A stretch of 64,000 bases of DNA, from the NCBI GenBank assembly GCA_035545675.1, contig DASZYA010000001.1, positions 237 to 64,236 of the forward strand, read 5' to 3'. Positions within the stretch are counted from its first letter, which is position 1. Every line of letters begins with the position of its first letter. The position numbers and the translations under genes were made by a program. Below are positions 1 to 9,136 of the stretch, one piece after another. The notes under the pieces are model-generated. The model saw nothing but the letters and a program-made list of their open reading frames with translations. It had not been told where the DNA came from and made no database searches. This DNA is from Patescibacteria group bacterium (GTDB taxonomy: Bacteria; Patescibacteriota; Microgenomatia; Levybacterales; GWA1-39-11).

Positions 1-1335
1 AGGCTTTTCTATTAGCTTCACGTTAGCCTGAGTCAACCTTACCTTCTCAACAAACTCTTTATCATCCTCTACTGTATGGTCTGCTCCATCTCTTAGAGAA
101 GCGAACGTTGGAAGAATAATTAACTCATGTATATTGGTAAATGATGCTGCAAATTCAGGGAGCAAAGCTTTTGTTCTAGAAAATGTATGAGCTTGAAAAA
201 TTACCGTTACCTTTTTGTCCGGAAAAGCGACTCTTACAGCCTCTAAAGTTTTTCTTATCTCCTCTGGGTGATGTGCATAATCATCATATATTTCAACCCC
301 ATCTTTTGTGACTCCTATTTTCTCAAGTCTCCTTTTAACACCCGTGAACTTTGGCAAATTGGCACTAATTTTATCTACACCTACACCTAACTCGACAAGA
401 GCAGCTATTACCCCACAAGCATTTTTTGCGCTATGATAGCCTGGAATTGAAATTTTAAAATCCCCGAGCTTAGTATCTCCACGATACACAGCAAAAGTGG
501 AGCCAAGGCCTTCTTGCACAAAGTCTGTAACTACAAAATCATTAGTCTTATCTGTACCAAAACGAACAACTCTTATATTTGGATCGAGCTTTGAAATAAC
601 ATCTTGAGTATTAACATCATCCCCATTCGCGACGATAAATCCATTAGTTAGACGCGATGCCCAATCTAGATACGCATTTTTAACCGCTGCTAGATCATGG
701 TAATAGTCTGGGTGATCAAAATCTACATTATTTATAAGAAGCGCTTTGGGTTTTTGATAGAAAAATTTAGGAACCTTATCATAATTTGCTTCTGCAACAT
801 ACTCATCTGCCTCTGCTACAAAATAACGTCCTTGTCCATAATGCCCGGCTGCTCCAATTGGAAAAATAACACTCGTTCCTATTGTATAGCTTGGATCAAG
901 ATTTGCTTCAGATAAAATAGTTGCTATCATTCCGCTGACTGTTGTTTTACCGTGAGATCCAGATACTGATATTCCTTCAAAATCTTCCCTTCCAAACGGT
1001 TTGCCACTCATAAAAAAACCAACAGCCTCACCATGATCAATTACTTTTACTCCAATATTCCTTGCATACTCAGCTTCCACATTATCAAAACCATTGTGAG
1101 CACCTGTAGCTATAAATAAGCAAAGTTCTTTTGGGGTATCGGCAAAAAAAGACTTAACATTTTCTTCATTAAACCCCTCTAAAACCTTTATACCTTCATC
1201 ATTTAGGATTTTATCCGTTATGAATTGCTCGGCAATATCTGAGCCAGCAATATCAATACCTGCTTGTTTTGCAATAACAGCAAGTGTTGCCATACCAACT
1301 CCCTTTATCCCCATGAAATAAATCTTCTCAAACAT
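1..1335 (-). CDS. murC: UDP-N-acetylmuramate--L-alanine ligase (Mur ligase), partial: C-terminal end lies beyond the window start
   Basis: The reverse-strand translation from the ATG (complement of 1333-1335) reads MFEKIYFMGIKGVGMATLAVIAKQAGIDIAGSDIAEQ..., the MurC N-terminal Rossmann/GIGG-type motif. The frame stays open to position 1. It is absent from the ORF track because no stop falls inside the window. Confidence 0.8.
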   Translation of the reverse strand, partial: MFEKIYFMGIKGVGMATLAVIAKQAGIDIAGSDIAEQFITDKILNDEGIKVLEGFNEENVKSFFADTPKELCLFIATGAHNGFDNVEAEYARNIGVKVIDHGEAVGFFMSGKPFGREDFEGISVSGSHGKTTVSGMIATILSEANLDPSYTIGTSVIFPIGAAGHYGQGRYFVAEADEYVAEANYDKVPKFFYQKPKALLINNVDFDHPDYYHDLAAVKNAYLDWASRLTNGFIVANGDDVNTQDVISKLDPNIRVVRFGTDKTNDFVVTDFVQEGLGSTFAVYRGDTKLGDFKISIPGYHSAKNACGVIAALVELGVGVDKISANLPKFTGVKRRLEKIGVTKDGVEIYDDYAHHPEEIRKTLEAVRVAFPDKKVTVIFQAHTFSRTKALLPEFAASFTNIHELIILPTFASLRDGADHTVEDDKEFVEKVRLTQANVKLIEKP

Positions 1336-1449
1336 AGCAATGCAATTATATTAAATACTACCAATAAGTACCAATACTACCAATTTCCAATACTCGAATA
1401 TTTTTGATTTTGTATTTATATATTTGTAGTATTTGTGGCATTTGTAGTA

Positions 1450-3135
1450 TTAATTCGATGGTAAATTGTAATATTTAATAAGCTCGCGTGCTATATCAAA
1501 AAATAAAGGCGCAGCTGTCTCTGCTCCATATATAGATGTTTTAGGCTTGTTAACAATAACAAGCATTGTAACTTTTGGGTTATCTGCAGGGAAAAAGCCA
1601 ACGAAAGAAGCGTTTGTCTGGTTTGGATCATAATGCCCGGCAACCGGAATCTGTGCTGTTCCGGTCTTTCCCGCAATTCTATAGTTTTTAATCTTGGCAA
1701 ACTTTGCCTCCCCCTCCTCCACAGCATCCACCATCATTGACGTTACAGTTTTGGCAGTTCTTTCTGAAACAGCTTGAGCTTTTACTTGTGGCTTAATATC
1801 AATAGTTTGTCCTGAATCTGTAATTATCTGAGAAACTATATAAGGCTGCATTAATTTCCCATCATTTGCAATTGAATTTACGGCTGTTATGAGTTGAATT
1901 GGAGTAACAGAAATTCCTTGTCCGAACGATGTCGTGGCAATATCAATTGGATACCATTGATCCTTCTCTCTTACTATACCTGTTGCTTCTCCTTGTAGAT
2001 CTATTCCCGTTGGCTGTCCGAGGCCAAATTTATGAAGATAGTCTATCATATTATCAAGACCCAGCTTTCTACTAACAAATACCATACCTGTATTGTCTGA
2101 ATGAATTATTGTATCTCTCATTGTTAGATCAGGAATATACTCATCATTCCAAGTTTTTATTTTATATTCTCCTATCTGAACTGGCCCGGCACAAATATCA
2201 CATCTAGTATCTGGAGTTACAAGATTTTTGTCAATTGCTGCTGCCATAACTAGAACTTTAAAAGTAGAACCTGGTTCATAAAGACTCGATAAAGCGGGGT
2301 TTATATAAGAGGTTGTATCAAACTCCCAATATTTTGATGGATCAAAACTAGGATAAGAAGACATTCCAAGAATTGCGCCGGTCTTACTATCCATAACAAT
2401 TACACTTCCACTTTCTGCTCCATACTTATCAAGACCACTTTTAAGTTTTTGATCTATAAGATACTGAATACTTCTATCTACAGTGAGCTTTATATCTCTA
2501 CCATCAATTTTTTCATCTTCACGAATATCATTTAGTATTTGATTTCCGAGAGCGTCACGAATAGCATGAAGCGCACCAGGTCTACCGCTCAATTGATCAT
2601 TGTATTTTCCTTCTATCCCAAAGTATCCGTGAGGGTTACCCTGCGCATCACGACCCAAAAATCCCACTAAATGGGCTGCCATAGAAGCTTCTGGATAAAG
2701 CCTGGCATATTGTTCTTCAAATCCCAGATCTTTTAAGCCTAACTTCTCAACACTTTTTTTAATATCTCCATTTAAGTTGTCTCCAAGTCTCACCCAATAT
2801 AAATCTTTATTAAGAAGCGCTGATATTGATGCTGGGTCTTCTGATAGGATTGGAGCGAGTTTTTGAGCATAATAATCTTTGTCTTTTATAACCTTTGGAT
2901 TAGAGTAAAGAGTGTAGGAAATTGTATTTGTTGCAAGAGGATATGAATCACTTGTCATAATCTCTCCTCTAATTGCCGGAATGTCTATTGTCTCAAGACT
3001 TTGTGCACGAGCTTGTTGTCTTAAAGTCTGCGCTTCTACACTTTGCCAATAAAAAAGCTTACCAAGGAGCGCTAAATATAAAAGAGATACTGCAATTACA
3101 ACTATTCCAAAGCGGATTCCTTCCTTATTCTTCAT
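1450..3135 (-). CDS. ftsI: class B penicillin-binding protein / peptidoglycan D,D-transpeptidase (FtsI-like)
   Basis: 561 aa with an N-terminal TM segment. Transpeptidase motifs are present: SxxK (GSTFKVL), SxN (HSDNTG) and KTG (AGKTGTAQ). It sits in a dcw-type context after ftsL. Confidence 0.85.
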   Translation of the reverse strand: MKNKEGIRFGIVVIAVSLLYLALLGKLFYWQSVEAQTLRQQARAQSLETIDIPAIRGEIMTSDSYPLATNTISYTLYSNPKVIKDKDYYAQKLAPILSEDPASISALLNKDLYWVRLGDNLNGDIKKSVEKLGLKDLGFEEQYARLYPEASMAAHLVGFLGRDAQGNPHGYFGIEGKYNDQLSGRPGALHAIRDALGNQILNDIREDEKIDGRDIKLTVDRSIQYLIDQKLKSGLDKYGAESGSVIVMDSKTGAILGMSSYPSFDPSKYWEFDTTSYINPALSSLYEPGSTFKVLVMAAAIDKNLVTPDTRCDICAGPVQIGEYKIKTWNDEYIPDLTMRDTIIHSDNTGMVFVSRKLGLDNMIDYLHKFGLGQPTGIDLQGEATGIVREKDQWYPIDIATTSFGQGISVTPIQLITAVNSIANDGKLMQPYIVSQIITDSGQTIDIKPQVKAQAVSERTAKTVTSMMVDAVEEGEAKFAKIKNYRIAGKTGTAQIPVAGHYDPNQTNASFVGFFPADNPKVTMLVIVNKPKTSIYGAETAAPLFFDIARELIKYYNLPSN

Positions 3136-3419
3136 TAGTTACGAGCAAGAGTAACTGGATTATACACTGAAACTATGTCTTTATTTTCTTCAAATCCAAG
3201 TTCTGCAGCGCGGGATGCAATTGTATTAAGTGATGAATAACTCAATACTTTTGCTTCTAGCTGCATGTTGTTTTGAGTCATATCATCTATCTTGTTTTTA
3301 AGATCTGTTGCCTCAAGACTTCCTAATGCATTTGTACTAGAAATATAGATATTAACCGCACCCGTTAATATGGTTAAAACTACCAAAATTACTATAAAAA
3401 TGTTTAATATTTTGTTCAT
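3135..3419 (-). CDS. ftsL: FtsL-like small bitopic cell-division protein
   Basis: 94 aa with a single N-terminal TM helix and a coiled-coil-like remainder. It lies between rsmH and ftsI, with 4-nt overlaps at both junctions. Confidence 0.5.
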   Translation of the reverse strand: MNKILNIFIVILVVLTILTGAVNIYISSTNALGSLEATDLKNKIDDMTQNNMQLEAKVLSYSSLNTIASRAAELGFEENKDIVSVYNPVTLARN

Positions 3420-4294
3420 ATTTTCTCTATTATTCTTAGTTTTGCGCTTCTTGATCTTCTGTTACTTCTTATTTCATCATCGCTTGCCAAAATTGGCTTT
3501 TTGTTAATTAATAAGGCTTTCTCTTGTCTGGTTTTTTCTATAAAAAACAATTTAACAGCCCTATCCTCAAGTGAATGAAATGAGATAACAGCAAATCTTG
3601 CGCCCTCATCCAAAAGTTCGAATCCGTTCGTAAGCCCTAGTCTTAAGTTTGCGATTTCATCATTGATAGCAATTCTTATTGCCTGGAAGGTTTTAGTAGC
3701 AGGGTTGATCGGACCCCCTCCCTTAACAACTTCCCCAATAACTTGCGACAATTCAAATGTGGTTTTGATAGGTTTTTCTTGTCTTCTCAAAAAAATCTGA
3801 TGAGCTATCTTTCTTGCGTTTGCCTCTTCCCCATACTTTAAAATGGTCTCGTATAATTCCTCTTCATCTGCTCTGTTTACAAAATCGTATGCTGTAGTCT
3901 TAAATTCATCGCTCATTCTCATATCCAAATCCTCATCTCTTCTAAATGAAAACCCTCTATTTGATTTGTCTAGCTGAAAGCTTGAGACACCTAAATCTAG
4001 TAATATTCCAGAAACTTTTTTTATTCCGTGTTCTTTTGCAAGTTCTACAATTTGTGAGTAGTTACCTCTCGCCAATATTAGTCTCCCGCTTTTTATTTCG
4101 GATTCAAACTTTTTATTAAGGTGCAAAATAGCTTCCTGGTCTTGATCTATCCCTAAAACTCTTCCACCAAGTTTCAAAATCTGTTCTGTATGTCCTCCGC
4201 CCCCAATCGTACCGTCTATGTAAAGCAAGTCTCTCTGTACTCTTAACGCCTCTACTGCTTCTTTTAGGAGAACTGGAATATGAAAGTTATCCAT
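3416..4294 (-). CDS. rsmH: 16S rRNA (cytosine1402-N4)-methyltransferase RsmH/MraW
   Basis: N-terminus HIPVLLKEAVEAL...YIDGTIGGGGHTEQIL is the RsmH signature. 292 aa. It overlaps mraZ by 8 nt. Confidence 0.9.
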   Translation of the reverse strand: MDNFHIPVLLKEAVEALRVQRDLLYIDGTIGGGGHTEQILKLGGRVLGIDQDQEAILHLNKKFESEIKSGRLILARGNYSQIVELAKEHGIKKVSGILLDLGVSSFQLDKSNRGFSFRRDEDLDMRMSDEFKTTAYDFVNRADEEELYETILKYGEEANARKIAHQIFLRRQEKPIKTTFELSQVIGEVVKGGGPINPATKTFQAIRIAINDEIANLRLGLTNGFELLDEGARFAVISFHSLEDRAVKLFFIEKTRQEKALLINKKPILASDDEIRSNRRSRSAKLRIIEKI

Positions 4295-4739
4295 TGTTAT
4301 TCTCCTTTTTCTCTATCTTTCCGACCAAACGTGACGATATCTTTTCTATGTTTTTCTCTAGTCCCAATTTGTATTCTTCCCAATGTTTTTTATCCCAAAC
4401 CTCAACGTAACGTGACAAACCTAGGAATATAGCTTCATTTTGAATTCCTGCAAACGTTCGTAAGTAGCTTGGTAATATAAACCTTCCTTTACTATCGAGT
4501 TCCACGAGACTTGCGTTTCCAAGTAGGAACCTCTGGGTTTCACGAGTTTCGTATTCAATGAATGGGCGTCCGCTTGTCCCCTCAAGGAGAGCTTCCCATT
4601 CATTTTGTGAAACAATAATAAGTGAGCTTTCATATCCTTGAGTAACGATAATTCTCTCTCCCAAGACTTCCCTAAATTTCTTGGGTAAAGCTGCTCTTCC
4701 TTTTTCATCAATTTTTGAATCATATTGTCCGATTAACAT
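4287..4739 (-). CDS. mraZ: transcriptional regulator MraZ
   Basis: 150 aa. MLIGQYDSKIDEKGRAALPKKFRE... and the second half carry the duplicated MraZ/SpoVT-AbrB-type fold motifs. It is the first gene of the dcw module. Confidence 0.9.
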   Translation of the reverse strand: MLIGQYDSKIDEKGRAALPKKFREVLGERIIVTQGYESSLIIVSQNEWEALLEGTSGRPFIEYETRETQRFLLGNASLVELDSKGRFILPSYLRTFAGIQNEAIFLGLSRYVEVWDKKHWEEYKLGLEKNIEKISSRLVGKIEKKENNNG

Positions 4740-4810
4740 AATGTTTTACCTCCGTATTAGCGAAGAACCTGCCTAGATTTTTTGAAGATTAAGTGAGATT
4801 ACTTTTTGGT

Positions 4811-4836
4811 TTCCCACTTTTTCCCATCTGTTCCCA
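4811..4836 (-). promoter_or_regulatory. three direct repeats TGGGAA (read on the mraZ strand) at exact 10-bp spacing: MraZ-operator-like site
   Basis: The plus strand has TTCCCA at 4811-4816, 4821-4826 and 4831-4836. This sits 72-97 nt upstream of the mraZ start. It matches the known MraZ operator architecture (TGGGN repeats with 10-bp periodicity). Confidence 0.5.
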
Positions 4837-5002
4837 TTTTGAAGCATTTTTCACGGCACGTCAAGTAGCAATTGAGGCAAAATAGCGTGCTATTTTGGTA
4901 AAAACACTACCCGTGAAAAGTAATTATTAACTAAAAAATGTTGTTATAACTGAAGTCAACCTAAAAGCTAAAACCTATTACTTAAAACCTGAAGTTGCTA
5001 CC

Positions 5003-5503
5003 TTATTGTGCGGGGCTGTAAGGAATTGTTGTTTCTATACTTCCAACTTTTCCATTTGTGAAGTCTACTCTAATTACAAATTTAATATCACTCGTAACTT
5101 TGTCATATTTACAAACGTTTGCAGAACAAGTTCCAAGAAGAATTTCTTTACTAATACTACTCTGACCATTTACGTCAATCGGGCTAGCAACAACTCCTCT
5201 TGGCACATTTGCAGTTTCTCCCTCATCTGTTACTGTTGCATCATAGCTAACCTCATATTCAATGCTTTTAACGCCATCTAGCTTGTCTGCTGATAGATCA
5301 ACTGCTTTGCCATCTGACTTAACAGATAACTTAAGACCAATATCCTCTGGCTTCATTGTTTTAACATCTGAAACGTCGGATTGGTTTCCTGAGTTGATTG
5401 TTGATGTTCCTTTGTTTTTAGTGAGAAATAATGCTGCTCCACCTACTAATAAGACTACAACAATGAGTCCTATTATCATTTTATTTTTCTTTATAAAATC
5501 CAT
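5003..5503 (-). CDS. hypothetical membrane-anchored or secreted protein
   Basis: 166 aa with an N-terminal hydrophobic helix (IIGLIVVVLLVGGAALFL). No recognisable catalytic motifs. Confidence 0.5.
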   Translation of the reverse strand: MDFIKKNKMIIGLIVVVLLVGGAALFLTKNKGTSTINSGNQSDVSDVKTMKPEDIGLKLSVKSDGKAVDLSADKLDGVKSIEYEVSYDATVTDEGETANVPRGVVASPIDVNGQSSISKEILLGTCSANVCKYDKVTSDIKFVIRVDFTNGKVGSIETTIPYSPAQ

Positions 5504-5541
5504 ATCTTATTTATAAGCAAAAAGAGTTGGCTTAGTCAAGT

Positions 5542-5967
5542 CTAGGTAGTAGCTTTAACTGCCTGTTTATATAATTTGCCCCGAATGGTTTCACCGTGTT
5601 CATCTTTAGAAGCATATTCAACAACTTCGACAGGAATACTATTGGGAAGAGTCGGAATTTCAACTCCACGAAAAGCCAGATACTTACCTAAAACATGCTT
5701 TCTTCGCTCTAAATCATCCATGTCTTTCTTGTCTCCAGCATAATATACATTTCCATTATGGATGTAATCAATCTCATGCAAAGCTACCCTATAAGCATTA
5801 GTAACTCTTCTGTTGATCAATTTTGTTAAACGACTTGCCGATTCTGGATCTACGGCTTGCCCTGCTTCTCTGGAGCTCTTCGGTTTTAATTCCGTAAGGT
5901 ATAGAGGATGTTCTAATTCTGAAGTTGTCACAATCTTAGTTTTGCAGGATTTTTTGCCAACTGTCAA
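5542..5967 (-). CDS. hypothetical protein
   Basis: 141-aa ORF with no confident family assignment. A weak HEIDYIHNG similarity to the peptide deformylase motif III is noted but not supported by the other motifs. Confidence 0.35.
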   Translation of the reverse strand: MTVGKKSCKTKIVTTSELEHPLYLTELKPKSSREAGQAVDPESASRLTKLINRRVTNAYRVALHEIDYIHNGNVYYAGDKKDMDDLERRKHVLGKYLAFRGVEIPTLPNSIPVEVVEYASKDEHGETIRGKLYKQAVKATT

Positions 5968-5976
5968 GTAAGAAAA

Positions 5977-7347
5977 TTAGGAGATTTTGTCAGCAATATA
6001 GGATTTTAGCTCGTCTGTTTTTAACCTTATTTGAGTAGCAGTATCACGATCGCGAATTGTAACAGTATCATCCTCTAGCGTTTGAAAATCTACAGTTACA
6101 CAGAACGGTGTTCCCACCTCATCTTGAGCGAAATATCTCTTACCAATATTTCCCCTCGCGTCCAATGTGGCAGTAAAGTTTTGGCCTAAATCTTTATAAA
6201 GCGTTTCTGCTTTCTCTACCAGTTCCGGCTTATTGGCAAGAAGTGGAAAAATTGCTACTTTGTATGGTGCAATTTTGGGATTAAGCTTAAGCAATACTCG
6301 CTCACCATCCTCCTCGTATGCATCGACCAGCGTCATAAGAAATAATCTATTTATTCCAACTGCAGGCTCGATTACATGTGGCAAGATTTTCTCGTTTGTT
6401 TCCGGATCTTGAATTCTCAACTCTTTTCCAGAATGCTTTTCGTGTTGCGTGAGATCATAATCTGTTCTATAAGCAAGTCCCCACAACTCCTTGAAACCAA
6501 AAGGAAACCTATATTCCAAATCCTCTGTCCTCTTACTATAGAATGATCTTTCTTTTTCTTCATGTTCGCGCCAGCGGAGATTCTCCTCTCTTATTCCAAG
6601 CTTTTTTGTAACAAAATCCCACATGGAAGTCTTCCAAGATTCAAATAGCTCTTCCCAATTGGATTTATTAGGATTAAAGAAATACTCTATTTCTCCTTGT
6701 TCAAACTCAAGAGTTCTAAAAACAGAATTTCCTGGAGTTATTTCATTTCTAAAACTTTTACCAAGCTGTGCAATTCCAAAAGGCAACCTAACACGAGTTG
6801 AATCAATTACATTTTTGAAGTTCACAAACATTCCCTGAGCTGTTTCTCCCCTAAGATAAGCGAGCGACTGATCTCCTTCTACTATTCCCATATTTACTGG
6901 AAAAAGAAGATTGAAACGTCTTACATCTGTCCAAGCGATTTTTCCACAATTTGGACACTTTATGTTGCTCTCTCTGATTATTGTGCTTAATTCATCTGTT
7001 GACAGTCCTTCTACTTTCTTATCGGGAATTGCATCTTCTATAAGGTGATCGGCGCGTGTTCTTAATTTACAGTTCTTACAATCAATTAAAGCATCTGCAA
7101 AGCCTGCTGTGTGTCCTGAAGCTTTCCAAATTTCTTGGTGAGAAATAACTGATGCGTCAATTCCTACTATATCTACTCTTTTGTGTACAAATGTATCCCA
7201 CCACAAATTTCTGATATTTCTAAGTAACTCTGCTCCCATTGGACCATAGTCATAAGTATTTGCAAGTCCACCATAAATTTCTGATCCCTGATAAATAAAA
7301 CCGCGGCGCTTAGCAAGAGCTGTAACTTTATCAAAAAGATTTTCCAT
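5977..7347 (-). CDS. glyQS: glycine--tRNA ligase, alpha2 (archaeal/eukaryal-like) type
   Basis: From the internal Met (codon at 7345-7347) the protein reads MENLFDKVTALAKRRGFIYQGSEIYGGLANTYDYGPMGAELLRNIRNLWWDTFV... This matches the alpha2 GlyRS N-terminus and class II aaRS motifs. The 31 N-terminal residues of the track ORF (to 7440) look non-native. Confidence 0.85.
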   Translation of the reverse strand: MENLFDKVTALAKRRGFIYQGSEIYGGLANTYDYGPMGAELLRNIRNLWWDTFVHKRVDIVGIDASVISHQEIWKASGHTAGFADALIDCKNCKLRTRADHLIEDAIPDKKVEGLSTDELSTIIRESNIKCPNCGKIAWTDVRRFNLLFPVNMGIVEGDQSLAYLRGETAQGMFVNFKNVIDSTRVRLPFGIAQLGKSFRNEITPGNSVFRTLEFEQGEIEYFFNPNKSNWEELFESWKTSMWDFVTKKLGIREENLRWREHEEKERSFYSKRTEDLEYRFPFGFKELWGLAYRTDYDLTQHEKHSGKELRIQDPETNEKILPHVIEPAVGINRLFLMTLVDAYEEDGERVLLKLNPKIAPYKVAIFPLLANKPELVEKAETLYKDLGQNFTATLDARGNIGKRYFAQDEVGTPFCVTVDFQTLEDDTVTIRDRDTATQIRLKTDELKSYIADKIS

Positions 7348-7410
7348 AAAACTAATTATATCAAACTGAATTCCTATTTCATTCTCAAAAATTAAGAGTA
7401 GAATGCAACT

Positions 7411-7881
7411 ATGAGCATTGAAGACATGCATCCTGATCAAACCGATGCAACGAGAGAAATATATAGAACGAATGTTAGAGCCAGAAGAGCTTACTATGAA
7501 ACGACCCGTCCTGACCTAATGGAGCTTGGAAAAGTTTCCGGAGCTTATGCATTCTTAAAAGGAAGATACCTTCCTATAATGTATGAAAGATATGGCCCAA
7601 ATATGAGGGATGAAATATTGGCTATAGGACAAGATCCGGCTAGAACCCAGGCCGAAGGTGAATCTCTTGGAAATGACTTCGAAAAACACAGAGATGATGT
7701 TTATGAAGTTGACAAAATACTTGCAGCCTCATACTACGCAGTTACAAAGGAGGATTTCTCGAAAACTATAATAATGCTCTCACTTTATGAAGGTGATATT
7801 AGATTACCCCAAGAATACAATATCGATACAGAATTCTGGATCAGTCTGGCAAGAATTGTGGAAGCATCGGAAATTGAATGA
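7411..7881 (+). CDS. hypothetical protein
   Basis: 156-aa ORF on the strand opposite its neighbours. Its composition looks somewhat GC-richer. No motifs recognised. Confidence 0.35.
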   Translation: MSIEDMHPDQTDATREIYRTNVRARRAYYETTRPDLMELGKVSGAYAFLKGRYLPIMYERYGPNMRDEILAIGQDPARTQAEGESLGNDFEKHRDDVYEVDKILAASYYAVTKEDFSKTIIMLSLYEGDIRLPQEYNIDTEFWISLARIVEASEIE

Positions 7882-7926
7882 TTACTTCCAGTGTTTTTAT
7901 CCTAACCCTATCCTAGTCCCTAATTC

Positions 7927-8187
7927 CTAGTTTCCCCATCGCCATCTTGGTTTTTCCCCTTTAATTAGGCAGATTACAATCAAAACAATGGACGCAGGAA
8001 TTAACTCCAGTATATATTCATGAGTAAAAGAGGAACCAGTAACGCTCTGACCAAGTGAAATTGCTCGCCAACAAAGAAATACCACATAAAGTATCACTAC
8101 CATCCAGCCTTGCCAAGTTATTGGGTACCATCCAAAACCATATCGCTTACCACGAAACCAATACTTTTTATTCAATTTCTTTTTCAT
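7927..8187 (-). CDS. small membrane protein
   Basis: 86 aa with two predicted TM helices. It overlaps the TspO gene by 4 nt, which suggests co-translation. Confidence 0.4.
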   Translation of the reverse strand: MKKKLNKKYWFRGKRYGFGWYPITWQGWMVVILYVVFLCWRAISLGQSVTGSSFTHEYILELIPASIVLIVICLIKGEKPRWRWGN

Positions 8188-8660
8188 CTGTTTAGAATAA
8201 TAATTGATAAATTGAGAAATGCTGCAAAAGTCACCCAGAAAAGATATGGATACAAGAGCAAGGTTGCTTTTTTATTCACAAGATAAAAACTTCTGATTGT
8301 AAGGAATATTGATACCCATAGAAAAATTAGCTCAACAAAAGCAAGTAGCGGACTATGCAGACCAAAGAAAATTAGCGACCAGAGACAATTTAGAACCAAC
8401 TGAATTATGTATATTCTAACTGCGCCTTCTTTTTTGTATTTCGCAGCTTTTGATATCCAGACAAGATAAAAAGAAACTCCCATTAATATATAAAGAACTG
8501 TCCAAACAATACCGAATAGATTATTTGGGGGACTAAAGACGGGTTTATTAAGATATTGGTACCAAGAGCTAATTGAACCGTATGTAATTCTGGCTCCAAT
8601 TCCACCAGCAATAAATGGGAGAGCCAAGGATATAATGAATTTAACAATCTTATTATCCAT
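8184..8660 (-). CDS. tspO: tryptophan-rich sensory protein TspO/MBR family
   Basis: 158 aa with five TM segments and Trp/Pro-rich motifs (LNKPVFSPPNNLFGIVWTVLYILMG...YLFWVTFAAFLN) typical of TspO. Confidence 0.75.
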   Translation of the reverse strand: MDNKIVKFIISLALPFIAGGIGARITYGSISSWYQYLNKPVFSPPNNLFGIVWTVLYILMGVSFYLVWISKAAKYKKEGAVRIYIIQLVLNCLWSLIFFGLHSPLLAFVELIFLWVSIFLTIRSFYLVNKKATLLLYPYLFWVTFAAFLNLSIIILNR

Positions 8661-8793
8661 TACCCATTATATTCACAAATCAAACCCAACAATCAAGATG
8701 ACGCAAAAAGCAATTTGACAAAGCATTTCAAAACCATTATTCTTTATAAATCCCGTTTGCAATTGAAGCTTCAAACGTGTAGAATTACCTTTT

Positions 8794-9033
8794 ATGAAAA
8801 GCGCGATAAGAACATTTATAGTACTATCAATTGCCTACGTTGTAATCTTCCCACCACAGGCACACGCATACCTTGATCCAGGAACCGGTAGCTATGTTAT
8901 CCAAGTAGTTGGAGCAATTTTATTTGGAGGAATATTTGTAGCAAAAACCGGAGCAGGAAGAATAAAAGATTTCTTTTCAAATATGTTAGGAAAGGATAAA
9001 AAACACTCTGAAAAATCCGACACCAAAAAATAA
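8794..9033 (+). CDS. small secreted or membrane hypothetical protein
   Basis: 79 aa. Signal-peptide-like N-terminus ending ...PPQAHA, followed by a hydrophobic Gly-rich segment. Confidence 0.35.
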   Translation: MKSAIRTFIVLSIAYVVIFPPQAHAYLDPGTGSYVIQVVGAILFGGIFVAKTGAGRIKDFFSNMLGKDKKHSEKSDTKK

Positions 9034-9136
9034 AAATTTAATTGCCTCTTTTCGTGATCCAAGCGGTTTTGTATTCAAACAAAATGGCACAATTTACCGA
9101 CAAATAAATAAAATATACAAAGATGACTATGAGCTA

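Noticed and set aside
697-915. 72-aa plus-strand ORF inside the murC region
   Set aside because: It lies antisense to a strongly supported murC reading frame and has low-complexity, Ile/Lys-rich composition. It is spurious.
5542-5967. Possible peptide deformylase, from an HEIDYIHNG segment resembling PDF motif III (HEhDHLnG)
   Set aside because: The second metal-binding His is replaced by Tyr. Motifs I (GxGLAAxQ) and II (EGCLS) are absent, and spacing to the N-terminus does not fit. It is kept only as a hypothetical protein.
7348-7440. N-terminal 31 residues of the track ORF for GlyRS (MIRMHVFNAHSCILLLIFENEIGIQFDIISF)
   Set aside because: The GlyRS homology begins exactly at the internal Met (MENLFDKVTALAKRRGF...). 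The extension is hydrophobic junk that overlaps the divergent 7411..7881 ORF. The start was moved to 7347.
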